Notes: generated by a model not told the origin, from the letters alone. Shown: positions 13,000 to 25,384, numbered from the whole stretch's first letter. The stretch is DNA of 63,853 nt, filler included, from Octopus bimaculoides (GCF_001194135.2; 8 parts of 8 records of this genome joined end to end with filler, not necessarily neighbours in it); one strand, 5' to 3'. Translations and numbers: made by a program.

Positions 13000-15650
13000 A
13001 CTGAGGTGGAGTTTCGGATCACGACGCCCACATAAGTCTATTTTCTCCGTTTAAACAGGGACTTTTCGAATTTTATTTCCCACTCAGGCCCACGAGGTAA
13101 TGTGTTGGTGTTGGAAACAATTTCTGAAAAATGGTTTTGAAAATTCATGGCTTTTTGGTTTGCATCCTCGCTAATATTGGCCAATGTATTTTGACACTAC
13201 GCTCTTAAAGACCACGAGAGAATTCTGTTCACTAAAAAAAGAAAAATGTAAATATTTTCAAAAGAAAAGGTGTGTGATTTAAGGGTGATTTGGTTGTTGC
13301 TTCTAGCACATCCTCGTTTCTTTGTCAGATGTATTGAAGTCTTTCTATAACTTCCAATAAGCACATTTTATGGAATAATGATACGATGTAACACACGCGT
13401 GATACACTGCAGGGATCTAAGCAACAAAATATTTGAAGTTTAAATCTCTACCCCTTCCCAACCAAGTGAAGCCGTGTGTGTGTGTGCGTGAGTGTGTGTC
13501 TGTCTGCCTGTCTGCCTGTCTGTCTGTATGTCTGTCTGTCTGTCTGTGTGTTTGTAAGAAAACGTATTTACTGACAAAAAATTATGATATTAAAATAAAT
13601 TACCGAAGCTTCTTCGGAATTCCCCCACCCCTATAACTTTTGAACTAGTAATTTGTTTTTTAGGTTTTTTTCAATTTAATATGTTTTCGATATCGGAGAT
13701 GACGATTTATTAAAAAAATGAATTAATTAATTTCAATTCCTCACTCCAAATTTATTTGCTTTGTTTGCAGTTGACAAGACCAGCTGTCACGCATAAAATG
13801 ACAACTTCCAAATTATGCCTCGTGATTGGGTGATAATTATCAAACACAGCCTCTATAACGTTTTAACCTTTTTTCTGGAAAAAGTGAAACAACTCCAGCA
13901 ATATACCTTGGAATAGTACATTACCGCGCACAATTTTAATATTTTCGACATAATTTAATTTTTTAAATGCTGATAACCAAACCGTCTTTAATATCCCCAC
14001 CCTATATTTTGAATCGGCAATTTAAGAAAGAAAAATTTCGATTGCTTTGTGATTTCTGTCGAAATTCTGAAGATACTTATATAAATAAGGTTAAAAAAAC
14101 ATACTGAAACATCCAAGTAATCTTTATTGCAGCAAATAAACCTACTACAGGTAAAACATACAATTGAAAATGTAATAAACGGGAGATGAAAAAACTTTAT
14201 TTCAACTGTCCTCAAATGAGGACAGTGGGTTAGTATAAGTTAAGCATCCACACAGGGTAAACATTACCATTAACATGTTTTTTCTCCACATAGAGTCGAC
14301 CAAATAAGTGTCAAAGAGTGAACGTGAAGTTTCACTCTCCTTGTTCCTCCGCTGTGCCCTCATCCTCAGATTTTCGGCTGTATTAGTGTGGGCTATTTAG
14401 ACGACCCACGGAATTCATTTGATGATTCACTGTCAGATGTTGCAATCCTCTGTTACCAATGATGCTGTGTGCTCGCCACAAATCTCACCCTACAGTGGTT
14501 CCTAGTCTCACGTACTTGTCCAACACAATTAAAACAATATTGATATCCTCTTTTGCCACTGCTCTAAGGAAACACTCCCTTCATGCTGTATCAATATCAC
14601 CATAAACCGTTGTGGTGTCAACCTGCCAACATGCCCATTTCTCCGTGTAAATACAGACTCGTCAGACTGAACATTTGGACCAAGGCCACCAAGTAATATA
14701 GCAGCCATTCATAATTTCCCTGCGCATATGTGACAGAAGAAATTCTCCCAATTACAAATAGCCTCACAATGCATCTAGTTGCTTTGGCTACAACAATTTC
14801 AAAAATGAATATTTATCGAAAATCTTAACATGTGGCACAATAATGTAATTTTTCAACCTAAATTACTGGAGTTGTTACACATTTTCCAGAAAAAATGTTT
14901 TTAGCAAGTTATAGAGTTTTAAAGTTTGATAATTTTCGCCCAATCAAGAAACAGGATTTGGAAGCTGTTATTTTTTGCGTGACAGCACGTCTTGTCAACT
15001 GTAAGCAAAGCAAATAAATTGGTTAGGGGGAACTGAGATTGATTTTTTTTCCATTGTTTTTTTTTTCTTCTTTTTCTAAATCGTAATCTCCGATATCGAA
15101 AACATAAATCTGAAAAAAATTAGAGAACAATTATTGGTTCAAAAGTTATGGGATCGGTGGGGTTTTGGGATTCCGAAGAAGTACGAAATTATGTTTTAGA
15201 TAACTTTATAAAGCACTGAGGATGAATTCCAGCTCTGGCCTTCTCAGGATTTCTATTATTTATAAATTATAAATAGAAACAATGGGGTGTGAGAAAAATC
15301 AAAAGTTTTCAATTTATTCTAATAGCATAAAAGTGCTTACGTGGAGAAAAATATTGAAAAACATCAATACACATGTCAGTGACAAAGGTGATCGTAGGAT
15401 TTGCTAGAAACAACAGCTAAATCTTCTTTAAAGTACAGAGCTTTTCTTGTGAAAATATAATTTTTTTTAAGCGTAAAGGCATCTCCTATCAGTTTTTAAG
15501 TGCGTGCTAAAAAAATTGGCCAAAATGGGTCCGGATGGTACGAAGAGGAAGGGAGAGGTGAGAAACAGACTGTGGTAAAAAAAGAAATTTGAAAACTCAC
15601 CGTCAAAACACAGAAAATCAAACATAGGGGTGTTCTGATCCGAAACTGCC
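13000..15650. mobile_element. Long imperfect inverted-repeat element (arms ~13000-13960 and ~14800-15650) enclosing a Merlin-type transposase relic; outer ends uncertain
   Basis: Many collinear reverse-complement blocks, e.g. 13681-13708 vs 15078-15105 (27/28 match), agtttcggatca at ~13010 vs ~15640, and ttctagca/tgctagaa at ~13300 vs ~15400. Confidence 0.85.
14250..14760 (-). pseudogene. Merlin/IS1595 (ISXO2-like) DDE transposase, C-terminal part, disrupted
   Basis: Reads GGLGPNVQSDESVFTRR..VGRL / ECFLRAV / LGTTVG*DLWRAHSIIGNRGLQHLTVNHQMN / AHTNTAENL / LFDTYLVDSMWRK. Matches the ISXO2-like motifs DES.F.RRK, SD.W.AY, HLTVNH, HTN..E and YL.EF.WR. Two frameshifts and several stops. Confidence 0.85.
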
Positions 15651-17935
15651 ATTATTGAAATTAGTCATTTGGACATAATTTTTAGAAAATGGAAAATCAT
15701 GAAATTAGATATCAATTTAGGAAAAAAATTGACATAGAATCCAACACAGTAAAGAACATTACTGGTTAAGCACCAAAAATTATCCAGATATTTAGATTAC
15801 AACCCCAATTACAATGGAGCCGAATTTGAGGAAAAATTTCTTGAAAGATAAGTACTTGTCACCTGATTGTGTTTCAAAATTCTGCCAACTTCAACAACAA
15901 CTATGCTGACCAACTTTTACTCTCAAAGATGATGCAATACTTTCAACAAATCAAACATTACTTAGTCTGACCCATAGTCATTTTAAATGTTTGACGAAAT
16001 GGAATGGTACAAAATGTCGAAAAATATAGACCATAGAAAGGAAGAAAAAGTTTCAATTTAAGGACAAACATTTGAAGATGTATGCAATAATTCAAGCCGA
16101 AAAAAAAAATGATTTTATGTATTGTGAGATGTAATTTTATAACTAAAGCTATTTCAAAATTTACATTTTAGAACATTTCTTGTTTGGTGGTTCGTAAAAA
16201 CCAGTATTTTCTGCCAGGGAAAGAATGAAGTTTACAAGTTCTAATGTAGGTATCTTCATGCCAGCGCGCGCGTGAGTGTGCGTGTGTGCGCGCCCCATTG
16301 ATTCCTGGGAATTGCGCAGCCATGCACTGAAATAAAAAATTGAACTTCTTTCCGTTAGTTTATATTCTATCCATTCATACAAACAAACACACGCACACAA
16401 ATATAGCGATACACACACATACATGCACTCTGTCACACATACATACATAGAAGCATACGTCAGTTATTATCTGCTTCTGGTTTTATTGCCTGCTCTAAAG
16501 AGGCCAATAAGTGCTAGCTTCAACCCATACAAGTTATCACCACAGACTATCTGTCTGCTATATCATACATTCTGATTACTATTAATTCCATAGGGAAATT
16601 GTTTGACCAATTGCTTTGCTTAATTCTTTTTAAATTATTTTTTCTCTAAGGCTTCAGATAAGTTCTTTGAAAGCAAAGTTCTCATTTCATAGGTCCCTTA
16701 CATACTTTATTGGGCGCTCGTATATGAACTCTAATGTCTTAAAGAGCCCACTTGCCTCCGTGCAAGCCGACAGTTTGGCCAGCTCGTCACGGTGTATATA
16801 TATATATATATATATATATNNNNNNNNNNNNNNNNNNNNNNNNNNNNNNNNNNNNNNNNNNNNNNNNNNNNNNNNNNNNNNNNNNNNNNNNNNNNNNNNN
16901 NNNNNNNNNNNNNNNNNNNNNNNNNNNNNNNNNNNNNNNNNNNNNNNNNNNNNNNNNNNNNNNNNNNNNNNNNNNNNNNNNNNNNNNNNNNNNNNNNNNN
17001 NNNNNNNNNNNNNNNNNNNNNNNNNNNNNNNNNNNNNNNNNNNNNNNNNNNNNNNNNNNNNNNNNNNNNNNNNNNNNNNNNNNNNNNNNNNNNNNNNNNN
17101 NNNNNNNNNNNNNNNNNNNNNNNNNNNNNNNNNNNNNNNNNNNNNNNNNNNNNNNNNNNNNNNNNNNNNNNNNNNNNNNNNNNNNNNNNNNNNNNNNNNN
17201 NNNNNNNNNNNNNNNNNNNNNNNNNNNNNNNNNNNNNNNNNNNNNNNNNNNNNNNNNNNNNNNNNNNNNNNNNNNNNNNNNNNNNNNNNNNNNNNNNNNN
17301 NNNNTGTGTGTGTGTGTGTGTGTGTGTAGCACCACTGAAATTACTTTTAATATTCTTTAATATATCGATAATATCGATTTCAAATTTTGGCGCAAGGCTA
17401 TGATGTTTCGGAGATGAAGTATGTCGATAACATCAAACTCAGAGTTCAACAAGTACTTATTTTATCGACCCAGATATGATTTCAATTTATATTCATGACA
17501 CAAGCAATATTGCGGAGAATAACCTGTATGTGAAGCAGGAAAAATGTCAGATGAATCTCGGAAAATGGGTTGCGTCGCTTGGAATATCATTATTGCGTAT
17601 TCGAAGCAGGTGAATAAATAAATTGCTATGATATAGAGTTTTTGAATTTATTGTAAGTCACTGCTTGCTGCGTAGTTTAAGATATTAATTGAAATACCGG
17701 TTTCTATTACACTTCATTCTATTTCATTTTGTTGAATATGTTGGATAATATTAATTATTTCCTTTGTCAATATGGACTGTATTTACAAGCGTACATTGAG
17801 TTATTATTGTAATTTACTTCTAGCTTAGTAATTTTATTCATAACTTATTCGATTGTCTGTATATAGTGTTTAGTATTTCTATTATATATGTTATACATTT
17901 TATGGGTTTTCTTTGAAAATTTACTCTAATACTAT

Positions 17936-17998
<63 letters not shown>

Positions 17999-18815
17999 AC
18001 GTGAAACCATCTTATAATGTATTTACAGTAAAAAAAAACTAGGTTTCTTCGCGAAAAAATTCGAAGTCAGTTTCGTTACACGTTTGTTGGAATAGAGTAA
18101 TATTTACAATTAAACAAATAATACTTTTTGCAAAACAGAGACGCTTCTCGTGCCAAGGGTTTTTTGCACACGTACATGCTATGAACACACATACAAACAC
18201 ACACTTACACACACTTACACACACACAGAGGCACACTTACACACACGCACACGCGCATGCACACATATATTTATCGATTTGTTAGAATGCGTATATATAC
18301 AATTGTACGAGAAAGCGTGTGTCCATCCGTTAATTTTTAGAATTTTTGTAACGTTTCTCTTCCTCACATGCACGAACATGAATTTAAATGTACGTTTAGA
18401 TTAGTTATAAATTTAGATTAGTTATAATTTAGATTTCTTATAAATTTCATCAAACATAGTAGGCAACACTCTAGGCACAAATAATATGAAACTACTAGTA
18501 GACAAGACAACAGTGGGTATCCAATTCAAAAATAGCTCAATGTTAATCAGCAAATATTCAAGAACACTGAGAAGATATAAGTTTCATATGAAGAAATCTT
18601 CCTGACTCAACGCAAAATATTTCTAAGGGACTCTATTGGCAACAAGAGTCATGTGTTACAGCGTTTGCAAATAAGATAACTATGTAGCGACACACCAATT
18701 ATAGAAAGATTAATGAGGCCTAAAACTGAAAGCATGCTAAGAGGTTCTTCAATAAGAACGAGACTTGAGAGTTAAGTATACTATGTGTGTATACATATAC
18801 ATACATATGTATATG

Positions 18816-18850
<35 letters not shown>

Positions 18851-19639
18851 GCATATATATGCATATATATATATANNNNNNNNNNNNNNNNNNNNNNNNN
18901 NNNNNNNNNNNNNNNNNNNNNNNNNNNNNNNNNNNNNNNNNNNNNNNNNNNNNNNNNNNNNNNNNNNNNNNNNNNNNNNNNNNNNNNNNNNNNNNNNNNN
19001 NNNNNNNNNNNNNNNNNNNNNNNNNNNNNNNNNNNNNNNNNNNNNNNNNNNNNNNNNNNNNNNNNNNNNNNNNNNNNNNNNNNNNNNNNNNNNNNNNNNN
19101 NNNNNNNNNNNNNNNNNNNNNNNNNNNNNNNNNNNNNNNNNNNNNNNNNNNNNNNNNNNNNNNNNNNNNNNNNNNNNNNNNNNNNNNNNNNNNNNNNNNN
19201 NNNNNNNNNNNNNNNNNNNNNNNNNNNNNNNNNNNNNNNNNNNNNNNNNNNNNNNNNNNNNNNNNNNNNNNNNNNNNNNNNNNNNNNNNNNNNNNNNNNN
19301 NNNNNNNNNNNNNNNNNNNNNNNNNNNNNNNNNNNNNNNNNNNNNNNNNNNNNNNNNNNNNNNNNNNNNNNNNNNNNNNNNNNNNNNNNNNNNNNNNNNN
19401 NNNNNNNNNNNNNNNNNNNNNNNNNNNNNNNNNNNNNNNNNNNNNNNNNNNNNNNNNNNNNNNNNNNNNNNNNNNNNNNNNNNNNNNNNNNNNNNTGTGA
19501 AAGCCTGGTAGTAGTAGATCTGAAAAAATGGTCTTTATGTGTGCAGAGATATATTTGGTTCTGAAGTGTAATGGTTTAAGCAGCAGCACATGAGAAAGAA
19601 GGAAATGGGGAAGAAGAAATTGAAGATGAAGAAAAAATG

Positions 19640-19654
19640 GAAGTAGTAGTAGTG

Positions 19655-19706
<52 letters not shown>

Positions 19707-19710
19707 AAGA
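19640..19710 (+). repeat. (GTA)n microsatellite
   Basis: Direct inspection. Confidence 0.95.
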
Positions 19711-19899
19711 AGAAGGAGAATTAGATGAAGGAGAAAAAGATGGAGAGGAAGTAGAAGATAAAGAAGAGGTCGAAGAAGAAAATTACGTCAGTGGTATGAC
19801 CCAGTAATAGAGGCTGTCCGTGAAATCTAATTTAATGGTTCAAGTAACTTAAATGTAACCTGTGTGGTTGTACCAGTACTGATAGGCACTGTTCTAAAT

Positions 19900-20520
19900 A
19901 GACTCATGGGTAGCGACTGTTCATAATATATCTATAGTTCTTAATATTTTCCTGGGTATTAATCTAAGATCCTTGTAGTGGTATCATCTGTGGAGGAAGC
20001 ATTCAAATGACGTTCATATTTTACAATAAAGTATGATTTTTTGCTAATGCCCTGATTAAAATCATAGGTTGCATTGTCCTTAAATTTATAGACAGGAACA
20101 TTCTAAAGTTAGGTTGTTCATTAGTAGCGCAAATGTCGATGTGTTCACTTAATGCAATTTTTCTGTATTCCCGTATTTTAACCTGGGATTTATGTACGGT
20201 CATCCTCTGGCGTAAGCTGCTTTGAGTTTCATAATTATATTGCTCTCGACACACTGAGCAATTTAACACATATATCAGGTTTTCCAATATACATGTCTAA
20301 TTGTTTTTCATTATAAAGCGTTGAGCCTTTTTGAAGGAGGAAGCCGATCCCTCAATTAAGTTGACCCGTATACTACAGTTAGGTCTTCCTCATCTTTAAA
20401 AGTCGGTTTCAATGCTGTTAACTAGTGAATCTGAGCCTGTGCTAGAATAATTTTCATTGACTTGGGTTGTCTTTTGCTCTGTATCATCATGTGCGTTTCG
20501 AGGATTTGATTCATTCTGTG
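19900..20520 (-). mobile_element. Penelope-like element, GIY-YIG endonuclease region
   Basis: Reads GRPNCS...LIEG...TCILENLIYVLNCSVCREQY..ETQSSLRQRMTVHKSQ...IALSEHIDIC, the canonical PLE C-terminal pattern. Confidence 0.85.
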
Positions 20521-21039
20521 GTCCCGTTTTTAGTAACACACTAACACACACACACACACACACACACACANNNNNNNNNNNNNNNNNNNNNNNNNNNNNN
20601 NNNNNNNNNNNNNNNNNNNNNNNNNNNNNNNNNNNNNNNNNNNNNNNNNNNNNNNNNNNNNNNNNNNNNNNNNNNNNNNNNNNNNNNNNNNNNNNNNNNN
20701 NNNNNNNNNNNNNNNNNNNNNNNNNNNNNNNNNNNNNNNNNNNNNNNNNNNNNNNNNNNNNNNNNNNNNNNNNNNNNNNNNNNNNNNNNNNNNNNNNNNN
20801 NNNNNNNNNNNNNNNNNNNNNNNNNNNNNNNNNNNNNNNNNNNNNNNNNNNNNNNNNNNNNNNNNNNNNNNNNNNNNNNNNNNNNNNNNNNNNNNNNNNN
20901 NNNNNNNNNNNNNNNNNNNNNNNNNNNNNNNNNNNNNNNNNNNNNNNNNNNNNNNNNNNNNNNNNNNNNNNNNNNNNNNNNNNNNNNNNNATATACATAT
21001 ATATATATATATTGGTTAAATGTAATATTCACGGATACT

Positions 21040-21700
21040 AGACTATAATAACACTCAATTATCTTTAGCATCTCATAAATGGCAGAATTACGTATGATGT
21101 TAGCATTCTTCACAATGTCAGTATTAAGAGTATATTTCCACTTAACTCGTCCTTTATAAATTCTATGCGGTTATGCTTTTATATTTTTGCCCTTTCTATT
21201 ACCTTGTTTTCCTTTTACATATTCCTTCCAGATATTCAAGCTTTATTATGTGTAATAATAGTCGCACTTCAATTACTGAAACGTTTCTTTCATTAAAATG
21301 TTGTGTTCTTAATTCTATTACAGCTTGTATAAGTATTTGTGTCAACATGTGTCAATTGAATACTACTTGAAATTTTAAAAGTTATTTTACAATTTTTTAA
21401 AGTATTAATAATACGATGTAGACGATTTTATATAGTCCTTCAACCATATTTCTCCCCCTCGCAATATATAATTTTGCTTCGCAAACGCATGTTTAACTTT
21501 CATGAAATACAAATGTTTCCATCACAGTTCCTGTTTAGTGAACGGTCTGTTCTATGAAAAATTTCCTCATTCTGCATTTATTCTATTTAATTGTTATTTG
21601 AATTAAGTAATTAGAATTATTCGTATTAGTTCGAAGCTTTTTTAAAGGTCCTTATCCTTTAAAATTTTGCCCTAGATTCTAAACACCGCCTCACTTTTTC
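21040..21700 (-). mobile_element. Degenerate Penelope-like RT region, probably the upstream part of the 19.9-20.5 kb element
   Basis: GTVMET (cf. GTAMGT) and EAKLY remnants on the minus strand; same orientation, separated by an N gap. Confidence 0.35.
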
Positions 21701-22086
21701 TTCAACCACTCATTTCCTGTCTTCCTACCTCCCTTGTAGTTTGGTGTATTAGCATTTCAATTCCACACTGACAGTATTAGCCATGGGTTCCTCCTGGAGT
21801 GATAATCACTTTCTTAACAATACAAACATTTAACACCCTGTAACCATACTTGCTGGCTATCCCCAGAAATTACAACCATCTCCATCTTTATCTTCCCCTC
21901 TCTCCCTGTCTGTGCATATATATATATATATATATAGTTTTAGGGAAAATAACCAATTTTCAAGAACTCATCGATGAAAATCCACTATCACATGTAGAAA
22001 AAATTATAATTAAAATTATTAATTTTTCTATATGTGATAGTGNNNNNNNNNNNNNNNNNNNNNNNNNNNNNNNNNNNNNNNNNNNN

Positions 22087-22098
22087 TTAATTAATTAA
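22087..22098. other. Artificial scaffold spacer TTAATTAATTAA inside 44 N + 44 N; recurs at 27415-27426, 30784-30795, 47809-47820, 50193-50204, 58609-58620, 62084-62095
   Basis: Identical 12-mer (stops in all six frames) always centred in a 100-bp gap. Confidence 0.97.
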
Positions 22099-22142
22099 NN
22101 NNNNNNNNNNNNNNNNNNNNNNNNNNNNNNNNNNNNNNNNNN

Positions 22143-22403
22143 TTATGTTTACTGTATTGAAAGTGTTTTGCGTAGAATGTGTGCAGTACCCAGTAGTGCA
22201 ATTTTCTGTATGTTATATATATTTGTAAGTCCTGGTGTTTTTGTTATGTATTTGTCTGAATATTTTTTTATTATACCTAAGGCACCTACTATGATAGGAA
22301 TTGTTTCTGTTTTTAGATTCCACATTCGAGTTATCTCTATTTCCAGGTCTTTGTATTTTGAAAGTTTTTCCATTTCTTTTAGAGAAACGTTGTCATCTGC
22401 TGG

Positions 22404-22406
<3 letters not shown>
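22143..22406 (-). mobile_element. R4/Dong-clade non-LTR retrotransposon, 5'-truncated, RLE C-terminus
   Basis: PADDNVSLKEMEKLSKYKDLEIEITRMWNLKTETIPIIVGALGIIKK...QKIALLGTAHILRKTL (EK..KY.DL, PIIVGALG, Q...LLGTA.ILR motifs). The 5' junction abuts (TAA)n. Confidence 0.9.

Positions 22407-22469
<63 letters not shown>
22407..22469 (+). repeat. (TAT)n microsatellite
   Basis: Direct inspection. Confidence 0.95.
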
Positions 22470-22470
<1 letters not shown>

Positions 22471-22805
22471 GGAGGCGGGCTGGCAGAATCGGTAGCACGC
22501 TGGACGAAATGCTTAGCAGTATTTCGTCTGGCGGAATCATTAGCACCTGCTTAACAATAATGTAATAAAGCTTTATTAGGGAAAATTATAAGGTGGAAGA
22601 GCTGGTGGAATCGTTAGCAAACCTGGCAAAATGCTGAGCGGCATTTCGTCCGTTTGTAGGTTCAAATTTCGTAGAGGTCTACTTTGATTATCTTGTTGGG
22701 TCGAGAAAATAAATATCAGCTAAGTACTGGGATCGTTGTAATCGACTAATCACCCCATCCCACAACAAAAGAACTGCTGGTTCGGTGCTAAAATTTGAAA
22801 CCATT
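22470..22805 (+). mobile_element. SINE family B, diverged copy preceded by duplicated head fragments
   Basis: Three head-like starts (ctggcagaatcggtagcac; tggcggaatcattagcac; ctggtggaatcgttagc), followed by a diverged body and tail. Confidence 0.7.
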
Positions 22806-22859
22806 ATTAGTGAAATTATTAGGCCTAAGGGTCTTAAGCTCACCTGGACTTAAGCTCAC

Positions 22860-22891
22860 CTATGATTCTCGGTCTCTCAATAACAATACGG
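22860..22891 (-). other. Candidate small exon E (32 nt; an alternative upstream acceptor gives 57 nt)
   Basis: catctaattcag|...atag|gtgagc; the donor region is tandemly duplicated (cttaagctcacct x2). Confidence 0.3.
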
Positions 22892-23012
22892 CTGAATTAG
22901 ATGCAGGTCTGATGCACTTAAGAATAAATGGGCCAAAATATGCGATTGCCTTATGCACCAAAGCATACGATTTATAGAAATGTTTTAGAAAGAAAAAAAG
23001 CTTAACACATAC

Positions 23013-23056
23013 CTTTCTGAGGGACGTCCTTGTGTAAGCCCTTTTCATTGCTGTCA
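23013..23056 (-). other. Candidate micro-exon D (44 nt)
   Basis: tattttattttgttag|TGACAGC...CAGAAAG|gtatgt. Open in phase 1 (xTAMKRAYTRTSLRK) and phase 2 (xDSNEKGLHKDVPQK). Confidence 0.5.
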
Positions 23057-23251
23057 CTAACAAAATAAAATACACACTCACATACGTAGTCACAAACAGA
23101 AGCACATCTGCTGACGCACGCACACACACACAGGCACACACACACACACACATGCACAGTGAATTATTTAGTTATGATCTAATAATAATAAAAAAACAGG
23201 CTGGAAGAAAAATATCTCTTTGTTGTGTCGTATACACAGCTAGTGAATTAC

Positions 23252-23272
23252 GAGGCAGAACTTCATGTTTTG
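23252..23272 (-). other. Candidate micro-exon C (21 nt; 33 nt if the homologous but mutated donor at 23240 was ancestral)
   Basis: ttttctaattattattttag|CAAAACATGAAGTTCTGCCTC|gtaatt; phase 1 reads xKHEVLP. Confidence 0.4.
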
Positions 23273-23448
23273 CTAAAATAATAATTAGAAAACAATTATA
23301 AATTTTGATACTGTTTATATATATTTTCATTTCTTTAATATAAAACATGCACCAACAAAGACAAGCACAAGAACACGAACATACACAAGCACACACAAAA
23401 AAGAGAAAAAGATAAATAATGCTTTTCATTAATATATTGTATCCATAC

Positions 23449-23480
23449 TTCTTGAATTTTTATTCTCAAACTGTTACCCT
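23449..23480 (-). other. Candidate micro-exon B2 (32 nt)
   Basis: ttttttctaattttag|AGGGTAAC...CAAGAA|gtatggataca; open only in phase 1 (xGNSLRIKIQE), leaves in phase 0. Confidence 0.35.
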
Positions 23481-23493
23481 CTAAAATTAGAAA

Positions 23494-23650
23494 AAAATAT
23501 TCTATTCTACTCTAGGCGAGGTCGACTTTGCCTTTCATCCTTTCAGGATCGATAAATTAAGTACCAGTTGCGTACTGGGGTCGATCTAATCGACTGACCC
23601 CCTCTCCAAAAAATTTCGGGCCTTGTGCCTAGAGTAGAAAAGAATATTTT
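23494..23650 (+). mobile_element. SINE family B fragment bounded by 24-bp inverted copies of its own 3' tail
   Basis: aaaatattctattctactctaggc (23494-23517) vs gcctagagtagaaaagaatatttt (23627-23650), 23/24 complementary; SINE B body between them. Confidence 0.85.
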
Positions 23651-23663
23651 AATTTTTCTAATA

Positions 23664-25173
23664 TATTGAACCACAAAAGAAACGTCGCACACATACTAAA
23701 TAGAAACTGGTTTATTAACAGGCTGCTATAATATTGATTGAAGAGCACTAATTAAGAAAGCGTTCTTTCCTCATCATAGAACATCATTTCCTGAATCATG
23801 TTTGACGTCACATGACGTCAGGTGATGACGGATTGTCCTGGATCCAAAGAGATGAACTCAATATCTCGTGTGACCACCGTTAGCATTGATCACCGCCAGT
23901 CATCTTCCGTACATTGAATGCACCAAACGATTGACGAAGGGCATGGGGATAGCAGCCCATTCTCTGTTAAAACTTGCAGTGTGTTGTGCCGCAGTTGTCA
24001 GCCTTGGACGGATGTCATTTCGTCTTCTTCGAATTTCGTCCCACAAGTGCTCTTCGGGGTTAAATTCTGGATTTAGAGCAGGCCATAGTAGTGTCTCGAT
24101 GTTGTACTCTTGGAGGAAGTCTGTTGTCAAAAGTGGCAGTATGGGTACGGACGTTGTCGTGTTGGAACACGTGATTCCGATGACGAGAAAAATATGGCAC
24201 ATTGTGCGGCTTCAACACATGGTCGATATAGCGAGCAGCGGTTACTCCATTGCCCCGGCTTTGGCAGGTGTTTTGGAAGACCGGTCCAAGTTTCTGGTTG
24301 AGTGCAATCCTGCTCCATATCATGATGCTCTGTCCTTCTCATGAGTGTTTCTCCACCACACAGCCATCAGCATGACGTTCACCCCTTCTTCTCCAAACCC
24401 AACTCTGCCATCTGCCACAGAAATGCAATATTGACTTTCGTCAGAGAATACTACAGTCCTCCACTGCTGATATCACCAGTTCTGACGTTTTTGAGCCTCC
24501 TGCAGACGTGTTCGTTGATGACGATTTGTTGATTTGTGAGAAAGGGGTCCCTAGCCGGATGTCGACAAGACAGATTGAAATATCTCAGCCGGCGGTGAAC
24601 TGTCTCTGCACAAATGGATCTGTGGTGAATCCCTATGGTCTGCCTAGATCATTCCGTTGACTTTCGGAATCGGTCCTGCAACTGCTATCGGTGCAGGTGG
24701 CGATCTTGACGTGCCATTGTAACCCTCAGTCGGTCACAGCGTGGACGATCATCCCTGCTGTTTGTGACATTGTATCGTTCCCTCAGCCGCTCTTTTTGTC
24801 TGAATACTGCAGTTCAAGTCATTAGCAATGATCCATGGACGTTGACCAGCAAGGAGAAGTCCGATGCTTTGCTCCCTCTGATTTCATGTCAGCCTTGGTA
24901 TGCTTGCTGCGTTCGTTCGGGAAATAAATGACAGACTGGTAAATTTGGGTGCATCATAAAAATGCGTTGGCGAACGTTAGCATGCTCCCGAAAAGTGAGC
25001 GAGTTCGAACCCTACATGCAATACTTGCTTTCAAAAGTGAGTGGTGTTATGGGTCAGTGACATCTTCTTGATGTCAAATTACCTAGAAATGTGATAAAAT
25101 CCATATAATCTCTCAATATCATGTGTGAAACAAATAAACTTTTACAGTGCGACGTTTCTTTTGTAGTTCAGTA
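23664..25173 (-). mobile_element. Tc1-family DNA transposon, both TIRs and TA duplications present, transposase degenerate
   Basis: 27-bp TIRs TA(T/C)TGAAC(C/T)ACAAAAGAAACGTCGCAC with flanking TA at 23662-63 and 25174-75. Minus-strand transposase ~24900-23860 has WRTVVFSDES, FQHDNVRTHTA, WPALNPEFNPEEHLWD and GGHTRY*; start ATA, several stops and frameshifts. Confidence 0.95.
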
Positions 25174-25366
25174 TATAATACAAGCACGCACGCGAATACC
25201 CACATACACACGCACGCGCGCACTCAAACACGTACACACGCACACAAGCACACACATGCATAATGACCGGTCTACGCACGCACATACACACACAAAGGCA
25301 ATTAATTATTTAGTTATGTAATTGAAAACATACTGGAAGATAGTTTTTTAAAAATCGTATACATAC

Positions 25367-25384
25367 CATTATTCAACTGAACTG
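25367..25384 (-). other. Candidate micro-exon B (18 nt, symmetric phase 1)
   Basis: ttttcttattcttgaccaaacag|CAGTTCAGTTGAATAATG|gtatgt; open only in phase 1 (xVQLNN). Confidence 0.5.

Noticed and set aside
13279-15431. Apparent TTAA target duplication and RR termini (Kolobok/piggyBac-like) for the long inverted repeat
   Set aside because: Reverse-complement similarity continues for several hundred bp beyond both TTAA motifs, so they are internal to the arms.
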